A DNA stretch of 47,401 nucleotides from the NCBI GenBank assembly GCA_964406045.1, contig CAYOQD010000001.1, positions 1-47,401 of the forward strand, written 5' to 3'. Positions within the stretch are counted from its first letter, which is position 1; every line of letters begins with the position of its first letter. This stretch comes from an uncultured Puniceicoccaceae bacterium (lineage in GTDB: Bacteria; Verrucomicrobiota; Verrucomicrobiia; Opitutales; Coraliomargaritaceae). Shown here one piece after another: positions 12,380 to 23,533 of the stretch. The notes beneath the pieces were generated by a model. The model did no database searches, was not told where the DNA came from, and saw nothing but the letters and a program-made list of their open reading frames with translations. The translations under genes and the position numbers were made by a program.

Positions 12380-12416
12380 AAAAAAAGCGAGAATGGAAAT
12401 CTTACCATTCTCGCTT
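12380..12416 (-). terminator. Rho-independent terminator between nrfA and ccsBA
   Basis: 12-bp stem AAGCGAGAATGG/CCATTCTCGCTT, 8-nt loop; A-run at 12380-12386 gives a U-tract on the minus strand. Confidence 0.75.
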
Positions 12417-12468
12417 ATTATATGAAATCTCTACGACTCCGTTGTTGGCACTGCTGCCATCAAACGGG

Positions 12469-13980
12469 CTACTTGCTGAAGTATGAAGAACTCAGGTCGA
12501 CGTCCTTACGCGCTTCTTCATCCAAGCGGCCTGCTTCGGTCGCTTGTTTGATCCACTCTTGTTCAAGTGTTGCCTTAAACTTCAATTTTGCCTCAACCAA
12601 GTCCTCAAGAGGAACACCGGCAAGTTCTTGTGCCTGCTTCTTTGTGGAGAAATCTGGCGCGCTGTAATCAATGGCACCATGAGCCGCTAGCACCCGAACA
12701 AGCTTCAAGCGTGCTTGTTGTGCAGTCTCATTCGCAGAGGCAAGCAGACGAAGCGTCTCTTCTGGTGCGTGGAAGAATGAACCATGGCTGGCGATCGAGT
12801 AATCCCACTTCCACTGAGACGAGCGGATGTCATCGAGAATTGGCTTCATTTCCGCTTCCGTCGCACCGACCTCCCATGCCTTACCAGCTTCAAGGTGGGC
12901 TTTTGCTAGATTGTCCATCGAAATCTCCATGAGAAACTCTTTGCGCGCAAATTTCTGAGCAACGATACCACGGAGTTTTTCTTCACTTTCCCGGTGACAC
13001 TGCATGCAACTTCTATCCATGCTATGTAAAGGCGACCCTACGTTATGGTCAGAGAACTTTACAGATCCTTCTTGTGTATAAGGCATGTGACAGTCTGCAC
13101 AAGACACTCCTTTTTGCCCGTGGATGCCCGTCTGAAAAATTTCATAGCCAGGATGCTGTGCCTTCAACATGGGAGCCCTTGATATTTTATGCGTCCAGTC
13201 CTTGAAGTTACGATCATCGTAGTATTTCTCCATGTTTTCTGCAGTTAGGCCTTCAGACCATGGAAATGTAACCACTTTAGCGGTTTGAGTTTCACCCGCA
13301 TCATTCGTCCATTCAGTAGGCTTGAAGTAATACTCTGAGTGACATTGAGCACACACCAACGAGCGTTTTGCCTGATGGGTTGACTCTGCGAAGGTAGGCA
13401 ACCCCGCGGCCTCAAGCCCTCTGTCAAGATAAGGTCTGTTGATCTCAAGTTGTCCATCTTGGCTACTGTGACAATCCGCACAACCGATGGAGTTCGCAAC
13501 CTCGTCTCCATATTTCGCCCACTTACCGGTGAAATATTCATTCTCACCTTCTTCGTCTATAAGACGCGGAACGTCCGGAGACTTACACGTCCAGCATGCT
13601 GTAGGCATCGGGCCCGTTTTCTCATCTTCTGGTGCCCCCGTGCGCAAGGTATTAATATTATCCTGCACAGCATAGTAATGGCCTCTGGGAGCGTTGTAGT
13701 CCTTGGCAAAACCATAGCCCGCCCAAAGGATCGGCAACTGGGGCTTCATCGCCAACATATCTACGATGCCTTTGCTGTGCTTTGTCTGCTTCCAAGAGCT
13801 ATATTGCCTCGGGTAGTATCTCGCCCATTCACTACTATTCGACTCAATCGAGTCAGAAATGTAAGGTGCTGTCGCAATTTCCTTACGCTCCTGCTCTCTT
13901 TTGGTCACACTACTGGCGAGCAGCATTGCTCCAACGATCGCAATAACTGAGGAGATTAATAAAATTTTGTATATTTTCAT
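12469..13980 (-). CDS. nrfA: Pentaheme cytochrome c nitrite reductase (ammonia-forming)
   Basis: CWTCK active-site heme plus CADCH, CAQCH(SEYY), CADCH, CMQCH; diagnostic KAQH motif; DYNAPRGH, SHGSFFHAP. Confidence 0.97.
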   Translation of the reverse strand: MKIYKILLISSVIAIVGAMLLASSVTKREQERKEIATAPYISDSIESNSSEWARYYPRQYSSWKQTKHSKGIVDMLAMKPQLPILWAGYGFAKDYNAPRGHYYAVQDNINTLRTGAPEDEKTGPMPTACWTCKSPDVPRLIDEEGENEYFTGKWAKYGDEVANSIGCADCHSSQDGQLEINRPYLDRGLEAAGLPTFAESTHQAKRSLVCAQCHSEYYFKPTEWTNDAGETQTAKVVTFPWSEGLTAENMEKYYDDRNFKDWTHKISRAPMLKAQHPGYEIFQTGIHGQKGVSCADCHMPYTQEGSVKFSDHNVGSPLHSMDRSCMQCHRESEEKLRGIVAQKFARKEFLMEISMDNLAKAHLEAGKAWEVGATEAEMKPILDDIRSSQWKWDYSIASHGSFFHAPEETLRLLASANETAQQARLKLVRVLAAHGAIDYSAPDFSTKKQAQELAGVPLEDLVEAKLKFKATLEQEWIKQATEAGRLDEEARKDVDLSSSYFSK

Positions 13981-13993
13981 AACGGATTTCCTA

Positions 13994-14524
13994 TTATTTG
14001 ACTTCTTTAACGCCTAAATTATCAGATGTGGTTGTTAGTCCACGAACCTTACCATGAGGCACACTCGTGTGGCAGTCCCAGCACTTTCGCTCAGAGGCTG
14101 CAGCGCTGTGTTCAATAATGTGGTTGTTCTCACTGTTTGAGATCAACGTGCTAACTAGATTACTGTGACAAGAGATACAGTTTTTCTGCACACGGGCAGC
14201 TGCATGGTCACTGATCTGTATGGCATTATCATACGTATCCAACGTAAACGCCACAGAGTGATTCCAACCATCATGAGCCTTGGCGATGTATTTATCCACA
14301 AAACTGTCGGTGGGCAAATGACACTCCACACAAGTAACCGTATTGTGAGAACTATGCTGCCACGTCGCATACTGCGTATTCATGACGTGGCAATTAATAC
14401 ATGCCTTAGGATCTGTAGAAAGATAAGAAAGCGCTTTCGATTCTTTGGTCACATACCCGAACATGATTAACGCGATCATGAAGCAAGAGAGTGCAGCAAT
14501 CTTTAAAATAGTTGTTTTTTCCAC
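13994..14524 (-). CDS. nrfH: Tetraheme NapC/NirT-family quinol dehydrogenase, small subunit of nitrite reductase
   Basis: N-terminal TM; SYLSTDPKACINCHVM, CVECH, CISCH, CWDCH..VPHG; GTG start; directly upstream of nrfA. Confidence 0.95.
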   Translation of the reverse strand: MEKTTILKIAALSCFMIALIMFGYVTKESKALSYLSTDPKACINCHVMNTQYATWQHSSHNTVTCVECHLPTDSFVDKYIAKAHDGWNHSVAFTLDTYDNAIQISDHAAARVQKNCISCHSNLVSTLISNSENNHIIEHSAAASERKCWDCHTSVPHGKVRGLTTTSDNLGVKEVK

Positions 14525-14992
14525 GATAGTTAGGATCGTTTAGTGCGTTATCAAAAATACGGGGTAAGTGTGAGACTACTGAAAGACCTTTGGGCCGAAC
14601 TTTCAACTAAATTCAATACTTATTTATCTTTAATTCATTTAATATCTGCGTTTATCGACTTCCATCTGCGGTTGCCCTTCCTCCCTCACTTTTCAAGCTG
14701 CGGCGGACAGGACGGTTGAGTGTCACTGAGTTCGGAAGCGCCTCTTTATGACTTCCGCTCTTCAGCTCCTGATTTCCGAATAACAGCGCTCGGCTGATAC
14801 AGGTCGCGGTTGCTGACTTGAAACTCGGCCTTAAGGCGCACCTTGAAATTAATCAAATCCACCATCTTCCAGTGCTTCAATATTTCTCCAATTGAACATT
14901 ATGACACGATAAAATTCGCCTCTCCCACGTCGAGCCTCATCCTTCACCCTCAATTCTCAGTCCTGCCTTTCCATATTGAGCAAACATTCCAC

Positions 14993-15020
14993 TTTACATA
15001 TCAACATATCATTATATGTT
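14993..15020 (+). promoter_or_regulatory. Candidate sigma70 promoter of metF
   Basis: TTTACA (14993-14998), 16 nt, TATGTT (15015-15020), 11 nt before the ATG. Confidence 0.4.
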
Positions 15021-15023
15021 GAT
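15000..15023. promoter_or_regulatory. Palindromic operator upstream of metF (candidate methionine-regulon repressor site)
   Basis: Perfect inverted repeat ATCAACATAT-CATT-ATATGTTGAT ending 8 nt before the metF ATG. Confidence 0.65.
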
Positions 15024-15031
15024 TCGTTTAA

Positions 15032-15922
15032 ATGAAATCACTTTCCATCAAACAACGTCTCGAAATCAACGATCCGCTCTTTTCTGTCGAATTCTTTCCG
15101 CCGAAATCGGACGATGCCGCGCAGCAATTACTCGGCACTGCAGAGCGCCTGCAGACGTATGATCCTGACTTTGTCTCGATTACCTACGGAGCGGGTGGTA
15201 GCACGCGCAGTCGCACACTCAACTATGCGCGCAAGCTGCACGAAGATTACGGCTATGCCGTAATGCCACACCTCACTTGCGTCGGTCACTCACGCGAAGA
15301 GTTGAAGCAGACGATCGCAGAATTCAAGGCTGCGGGCCTCAAGCAGATCATGGCCTTGCGCGGTGACCCGCCCAAGGGCGAAACCAATTTCACTCCGCAC
15401 CCGGACGGCCTCAGCTATGCCAACGAGCTCGTGCAGCTCATTCGTGAAGTCTATCCGGAATGCGACCTCGGTGTCGCAGGCTACCCGGAAAAGCACCCCG
15501 AAGCGCCGTCCCTGGAAATTGACCTGCTCAACCTGAAACGCAAAGTCGACGCAGGCGCGACCTTCGTCACTACGCAGCTCTTTTTCGATAACGAAGCCTA
15601 CTTCACCTTTGTCGATAACTGCCGCCGCGCCGGCATTACCATTCCTATTATGCCTGGCATCATGTCAGTCGCCTCACACAAGCAGGCACTCCGTTTCTGC
15701 GACATGTGTGGCACCTCTATCCCCGCGGAGCTCAACGAGCAACTGATCGCCGCTGGCGATGACAAAGCCGCCGTCGAAGCCGTCGGTATCGAGTGGAGCT
15801 ATCAACAGGCCCGCGAACTCCTCGAGAAAGGTGCCCCCGGCATCCACCTCTACATTCTCAACCGCGCAGGCCCTGCCATTACCTTAATGGAAAAGCTGCA
15901 AGGCGCCGGATTCTACCGCTAA
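15032..15922 (+). CDS. metF: 5,10-methylenetetrahydrofolate reductase
   Basis: SVEFFPPK, SITYGAGGS, PHLTCV, ALRGDPP, AGYPEKHPE, TQLFFDN, IHLYILNR. Confidence 0.97.
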   Translation: MKSLSIKQRLEINDPLFSVEFFPPKSDDAAQQLLGTAERLQTYDPDFVSITYGAGGSTRSRTLNYARKLHEDYGYAVMPHLTCVGHSREELKQTIAEFKAAGLKQIMALRGDPPKGETNFTPHPDGLSYANELVQLIREVYPECDLGVAGYPEKHPEAPSLEIDLLNLKRKVDAGATFVTTQLFFDNEAYFTFVDNCRRAGITIPIMPGIMSVASHKQALRFCDMCGTSIPAELNEQLIAAGDDKAAVEAVGIEWSYQQARELLEKGAPGIHLYILNRAGPAITLMEKLQGAGFYR

Positions 15923-15935
15923 GTCCACCGCTACC

Positions 15936-16241
15936 ATGGAAAAGCCCACCAACATACAACTGATCGGCACAGAGCTCTGCGTTCTCTGGCAAGACGGTAG
16001 CGAAAGCTACTTCCCCAGTGAGTTTCTCCGCCAACACTCACCCAGCGCACAAAACATCGGGGAAAAAGATATTTTCGGCAATCAATACGGAGGCGATGGA
16101 CCGAAGGAATTTCCCGGCGTCACCATTCAAGGCTGGGAGTTTCAGGGCAACTATGGTGTCAGCCCGTGGTTCAGCGACGGCCACAAAAGTGGTATTTTTA
16201 GCTGGGAATATTTGAAGTCGCTCGAAGCCAAGCTTCCATAA
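15936..16241 (+). CDS. DUF971 / GBBH-like N-terminal domain protein
   Basis: WQDGSES...LRQHSPSA, GNYG...FSDGHKSGIFSWEYL. Confidence 0.85.
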   Translation: MEKPTNIQLIGTELCVLWQDGSESYFPSEFLRQHSPSAQNIGEKDIFGNQYGGDGPKEFPGVTIQGWEFQGNYGVSPWFSDGHKSGIFSWEYLKSLEAKLP

Positions 16242-16269
16242 GGCACAAAACCTTGATTGATTCTACAGT

Positions 16270-16950
16270 ATGGCGAAACGCAGCAAAGGTAGATTGGTCG
16301 GCACACTCATGGCACTGGCCGCATTGGTCACCGCAGGTATTCTGGGGATGACCTTTTATCACTCCACTGCGAGCATCCACCAACTACTCACCGAGAACCA
16401 CAAACTCAACAAGGCTGTTCGTAATCTCACTCAAGAAGAGCAGTTCGGCTACGCCACCCTACAATCGCAGGCGCGCAATGAACTCGGCGAGCTGCAAAGC
16501 ATCGTGCGCTTCGTGCAGACCGCAGCCGACGACCCCAAGGAAGTCGTCTCCGAGCAATTGTTCACCGTCACAGGCGACATCGTCCACTTCGATGCGCTGA
16601 TCGTGAAATTCACCACCGAATATGTGAAAGATGGCTCTGAACGCGCCCTCTATCTCTGGCGGCGCATCTATGGCGAGACCACCACGCCGGCCGACGGCGA
16701 AGCGATCGAAATGGCAGGCAGCGCCCCCGAACGCTACTACTCCATCACCGAGTCGCTACATCTCAAGAATCGTGACCTCTTTTGGGAGGCCATTTGGGAG
16801 CTCGCCAACGACACCAACCAACTCAGCAGCTACGGCGTGCAGGCCGTCTTTGGCAATGCGATCTACACACGCATGGAGCCCGGCAAAGTCTATTTATTTA
16901 AAATCAGCTCAACCGGACAGATCTACCCCGAGACCGTAAATACGTACTAA
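16270..16950 (+). CDS. Membrane-anchored hypothetical protein
   Basis: 226-aa ORF with N-terminal TM and short coiled coil; co-oriented with and closely spaced to metF and DUF971. Confidence 0.75.
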   Translation: MAKRSKGRLVGTLMALAALVTAGILGMTFYHSTASIHQLLTENHKLNKAVRNLTQEEQFGYATLQSQARNELGELQSIVRFVQTAADDPKEVVSEQLFTVTGDIVHFDALIVKFTTEYVKDGSERALYLWRRIYGETTTPADGEAIEMAGSAPERYYSITESLHLKNRDLFWEAIWELANDTNQLSSYGVQAVFGNAIYTRMEPGKVYLFKISSTGQIYPETVNTY

Positions 16951-16977
16951 GCGCAAGGGTTGAAGGACCCGTCGAAA

Positions 16978-19197
<2,220 letters not shown>

Positions 19198-19352
19198 GGG
19201 GCAAAGAAAAGACGCATTCTGATAGGGTTTGCAAGAATCTAAGCACCGCAAAACCGATTTCAGTGAAAAAGCACTGAAGAAATCCCACTTGATTACACCT
19301 GATGCGATAAAAGACTTGTCCACCGAAAACACGCCGCTCATAGTCCCGCCCC

Positions 19353-21524
19353 GTGCCACGAATTGCCCTGTTATTTCCTCTCCTTTTACTCATTACGAAG
19401 TTATCGCTTCCGCTATCTGCGGCTTTGCCAGAGCTCAGTTCGATTGAGCCCTTAGAGTTCGATGAAGCTGCGCAACGCCTAGTTGCTCGCGGCGACGCCC
19501 GTCTAGACTTTCAGGATACACGCCTGAATGCCGACCGCATCACCTATTATCAGGAATACGGCCTCGCCGATGCCCTTGGTAATGTTGCGATCTCCAGAGA
19601 CGGCTACCGCATGATTGCGGACCGCTTGAGCTACGACACTCAAGACAACGTGTTCGCGGTCGACATTCTGCGCACCGGTCAGTGGCCGATCTATGTCTCA
19701 GGCGTCAACGCAGGTGGCACCACTGAAAAGACCACTTTCCAAGGCGCCACCGTGTATTACGGCAACCCCGGCCCCTTTACGCCCAACCTCAGCTCGGATC
19801 AAATCGATTTCACCAGCGAAGATGGCTCGTTACGCATGGATACGACGACGTTCCGCATCGGTAGTGTTCCTGTCGCGAAACTACCAAGCTACACCTACTA
19901 CGTCGATCAGATGCCCTACCTACTGGAAGTCCGAGCCGGCAGTGATAGCGAGCTCGGCACTTACCTCCAGACGACGACCCTGTTTCCGACCACCGATTGG
20001 CTGCGCGTAGGTGCCAACCTCGATGTTTACACGAAACGTGGCGTCCTCGCTGGCCCAACAGCCCAATATTCCTACAATACAGAGACGCAAACGATCAACG
20101 GCGCACTCAGCACGGCCTATATTAGTGACCAAGGCGATCCAGATCCGGGCCTCTACGACAAACCGATCGATACCGACCGTGGCTTCGTCGAATGGCGCCA
20201 CCAACACCACATCGGCGAACGCATCAGCCTGACCTCCTCTGTCAGCTATTGGTCCGATTCTGAAGTCACCCGCGACTTCCGCGACAGCTACTTCAAAGAC
20301 AATCAGCAACCCGACACCTTTGCTGAAGCCGTTTACGCAGGCGACAACTACTTCCTGTCCGCCTTCGGCCGCTTCCGCCCGAACGATTTCCAACTCGTGC
20401 AAGAGCGCCTGCCCGAAGTGCGCTTTGATATGCTTCCGGTTCCGGTCTTTAACACGGGTGCCTACCAACGCTTCTCAGCAAGCTACGCTCATCTAGAAGA
20501 AGACTTCGGCGACGTCATATCAGACATCGATCAAGGCAGTGAGTCGGACCGCTTCGACTTCACCTACCGCATCGAGCGACCGATCTTACTAACAGACTGG
20601 CTGACATTGACACCACTTGCAGGTGCACGCCTCACCCACTACGAGAACCAAGAAATGGACCCGATCGCGCTGGGCCGTTACAACGCCCCTTACAGCAGTA
20701 ACCCAGAAAAAGCCTACCTCAAAGACGATCAATACACCCGTGAAATCTACGAAGTCGGTTTCGACCTCGAAGCACGCGCCTACGCGACCTACGCCACTCA
20801 GAACAAAACATGGAACATCAACGGCCTGCGTCACCTAGTTCGCCCAGTCATGCGCTACCGCTACTTCTCTGACCCAGACTCCGACAATGAAATCGCTGCG
20901 ATTGACCGCACCGCATTCGACCTCAACCGCCCACTGCTCGACCTCAGTGACTTACGCAATGTGGACTCGATTGCCGAAACACACCTCACCCGTCTCGGAG
21001 TCGAAAATCTGTTCCAAACACGCACAGAAGGCTATGGCTCACGCACTCTAGCCTCATTAAACTTCTACCAAGACATCCTGTTCGAAAAGCAACAGCGCTA
21101 CGACGGAGATGAGCAAGACACCTTTAACGCTACATGGGTGGAGTTCATGTTAAGCCCGGCACCATGGCTCAAATTCGAGCTCGCCAGCCGCTTCCAAACC
21201 GAAGACATGAGCCTCGAAGAGTTGCGCAGCCGCACCTCCATCCGCAGCGGTGAAATTTGGGAAATCGGGCTCTCGACCGACTTTCTGCACGAGAACATCG
21301 ACCAATACCGCATCGACTTCATCTATCGTGTCAACGAGCGCCACTCGCTGCTACTGGACACGCGCTACGACGCGGAGTCCGGCCAGTTCACCAAGACCGA
21401 AATCGGCGTGAATACGCGACTCAACAACGCTTGGGAAATCATCTACGCCCTCACCTTTCGCCAGGACGCGAGTCGCGAGAGTGACGTCGAATTTACAGTG
21501 CGCCTCCAGCTCGCGGGTCAGTAA
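19353..21524 (+). CDS. lptD: LPS-assembly outer membrane protein LptD
   Basis: Signal peptide, OstA-like N-terminus (ARGDARL...LNADRITY), long beta-barrel with ERLPEVRF and RHLVRPVMRYRY. Confidence 0.8.
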   Translation: MPRIALLFPLLLLITKLSLPLSAALPELSSIEPLEFDEAAQRLVARGDARLDFQDTRLNADRITYYQEYGLADALGNVAISRDGYRMIADRLSYDTQDNVFAVDILRTGQWPIYVSGVNAGGTTEKTTFQGATVYYGNPGPFTPNLSSDQIDFTSEDGSLRMDTTTFRIGSVPVAKLPSYTYYVDQMPYLLEVRAGSDSELGTYLQTTTLFPTTDWLRVGANLDVYTKRGVLAGPTAQYSYNTETQTINGALSTAYISDQGDPDPGLYDKPIDTDRGFVEWRHQHHIGERISLTSSVSYWSDSEVTRDFRDSYFKDNQQPDTFAEAVYAGDNYFLSAFGRFRPNDFQLVQERLPEVRFDMLPVPVFNTGAYQRFSASYAHLEEDFGDVISDIDQGSESDRFDFTYRIERPILLTDWLTLTPLAGARLTHYENQEMDPIALGRYNAPYSSNPEKAYLKDDQYTREIYEVGFDLEARAYATYATQNKTWNINGLRHLVRPVMRYRYFSDPDSDNEIAAIDRTAFDLNRPLLDLSDLRNVDSIAETHLTRLGVENLFQTRTEGYGSRTLASLNFYQDILFEKQQRYDGDEQDTFNATWVEFMLSPAPWLKFELASRFQTEDMSLEELRSRTSIRSGEIWEIGLSTDFLHENIDQYRIDFIYRVNERHSLLLDTRYDAESGQFTKTEIGVNTRLNNAWEIIYALTFRQDASRESDVEFTVRLQLAGQ

Positions 21525-21539
21525 GAACTAGGCATCGCA

Positions 21540-22319
<780 letters not shown>

Positions 22320-22366
22320 GAACTCGCCGAAATCATCCACAAAAACACCCCAGATCAATGAGCCGC

Positions 22367-22396
22367 TTGACAGCGCACCCCCAACACACCTAGTTT
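22367..22396 (+). promoter_or_regulatory. Candidate sigma70 promoter
   Basis: TTGACA (22367-22372), 18 nt, TAGTTT (22391-22396), 13 nt before the ATG at 22410. Confidence 0.55.
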
Positions 22397-22409
22397 CACC
22401 GACTACTTT

Positions 22410-22949
22410 ATGAGCGAAGAACCGAAAAACCCCTTTCTAGAAGGCGACGAAGTCCCTTCCGACGAAGCCGCAGCCGCAGCAAAAGCACTCGCAGAAGAAG
22501 CGAAGGTCGCACGCGAGAAGCTTAAGGCAGAAATGCCCAGAGCACCGATGCCCCGCGCACCTGCGAAGCCAGCGCGCCCCGCACCTGCTGCTGCACGGCC
22601 CGCACCTGCAAAGCCTGCGCCACGCGCAGCGATGGCCGCCCCCGCACAGCCGGCACTGCGCCCAGCTCCACCAGCTGGCACACCAGAGGCTGCCACGCCA
22701 GCAGCACCCACGCCAGCAGCACCCACGCCAGCAGCACCCACGCCAGCAGCACCGCGCCCGAGCGCGCCAACTGCAGCAGCGCCCAAAGCAGCGGCAGCAC
22801 CTCGCCCTGCCGCCATCAAACCACCCGCAGCAGCGACCGAAGAATCCTCGATCAGCGTCCCGGCACTCATCATCGATGCCATCGCCGCCGCAGTTGCAAT
22901 TGCATTTACAGTGCTTCTACTCCAAGACGTATCTCCCTTCTTAAATTAA
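22410..22949 (+). CDS. Pro/Ala-rich protein with C-terminal membrane anchor, unknown function
   Basis: Low-complexity PA-rich body, hydrophobic C-terminus; has its own promoter; 19 nt upstream of trxA. Confidence 0.75.
   Translation: MSEEPKNPFLEGDEVPSDEAAAAAKALAEEAKVAREKLKAEMPRAPMPRAPAKPARPAPAAARPAPAKPAPRAAMAAPAQPALRPAPPAGTPEAATPAAPTPAAPTPAAPTPAAPRPSAPTAAAPKAAAAPRPAAIKPPAAATEESSISVPALIIDAIAAAVAIAFTVLLLQDVSPFLN
22693..22752 (+). repeat. 15-bp tandem repeat x4 (coding VNTR, TPAAP)
   Basis: CCACGCCAGCAGCAC repeated four times exactly. Confidence 0.9.
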
Positions 22950-22968
22950 CGACTACATTTATACTATT

Positions 22969-23283
22969 ATGTCCGAAAACATCACCGAACTCGATAGCAG
23001 TAACTTCGAAGCTGCAATTAGCGCATCCGTCCCCGTCGTCGTCGACTTCTGGGCACCATGGTGTGGCCCTTGTAAAGCGATTGCTCCGATTCTTGAAGAG
23101 CTCGCAGCCGAACTCGGCGACGCAGTGAAGATCTGCAAAGTCAATGTCGACAACAACAGCGAGATCGCAGGTAAGTTCGAAATCCGCGCCATCCCGACCA
23201 TCTTGGTATTCAAAGACGGTGCAGTTTCCGACACCATCGTTGGCCTGACTTCCAAGGACGACCTAAAGGCGAAGATCTCTTAA
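22969..23283 (+). CDS. trxA: Thioredoxin
   Basis: VDFWAPWCGPCK, IRAIPT; 104 aa. Confidence 0.97.
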   Translation: MSENITELDSSNFEAAISASVPVVVDFWAPWCGPCKAIAPILEELAAELGDAVKICKVNVDNNSEIAGKFEIRAIPTILVFKDGAVSDTIVGLTSKDDLKAKIS

Positions 23284-23307
23284 ACGATCTCACACAATCA
23301 CGTTCCC

Positions 23308-23342
23308 AAAAGCATCCGACCGCAAGGTCGGGTGCTTTTTTT
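23308..23342 (+). terminator. Rho-independent terminator after trxA (possibly bidirectional)
   Basis: AAAAGCATCCGACC-GCAA-GGTCGGGTGCTTTTTTT; GNRA loop, U-tract. Confidence 0.9.
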
Positions 23343-23417
23343 GTGCCAATCATCATTGTAAGGGGAAGCGTCAACAGGTGCGATCCTCGACAGCATCTCT
23401 ACCGCACAAAATCACTG

Positions 23418-23496
23418 GTAGCGATACGACGCCAGTCGCGTCTGATTCCGCGAGGCACACCGCAAACCGAAGACCTCGCTAACGCGAGTTCGCTAC
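23418..23496. repeat. REPIN-like doublet of two inverted 25-nt GTAG-type REP units
   Basis: GTAGCGATACGACGCCAGTCGCGTC (23418-23442) and reverse complement of 23472-23496, GTAGCGAACTCGCGTTAGCGAGGTC; each has an internal hairpin. Confidence 0.65.
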
Positions 23497-23533
23497 AACA
23501 TCTCTGCTACAGAATCGGTTATTTTTATGCCTA

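Noticed and set aside
14535-14590. FNR/CRP/NarL-type site upstream of nrfH
   Set aside because: Only half-sites (ATCAA without a matching TTGAT; TGTGA-N6-TGAAA); too weak to call.
14650-15000. SAM or other riboswitch upstream of metF
   Set aside because: No SAM-I/II core could be assembled on the metF strand; the GCAACC-like word is on the opposite strand, and the likely promoter is adjacent to the ATG.
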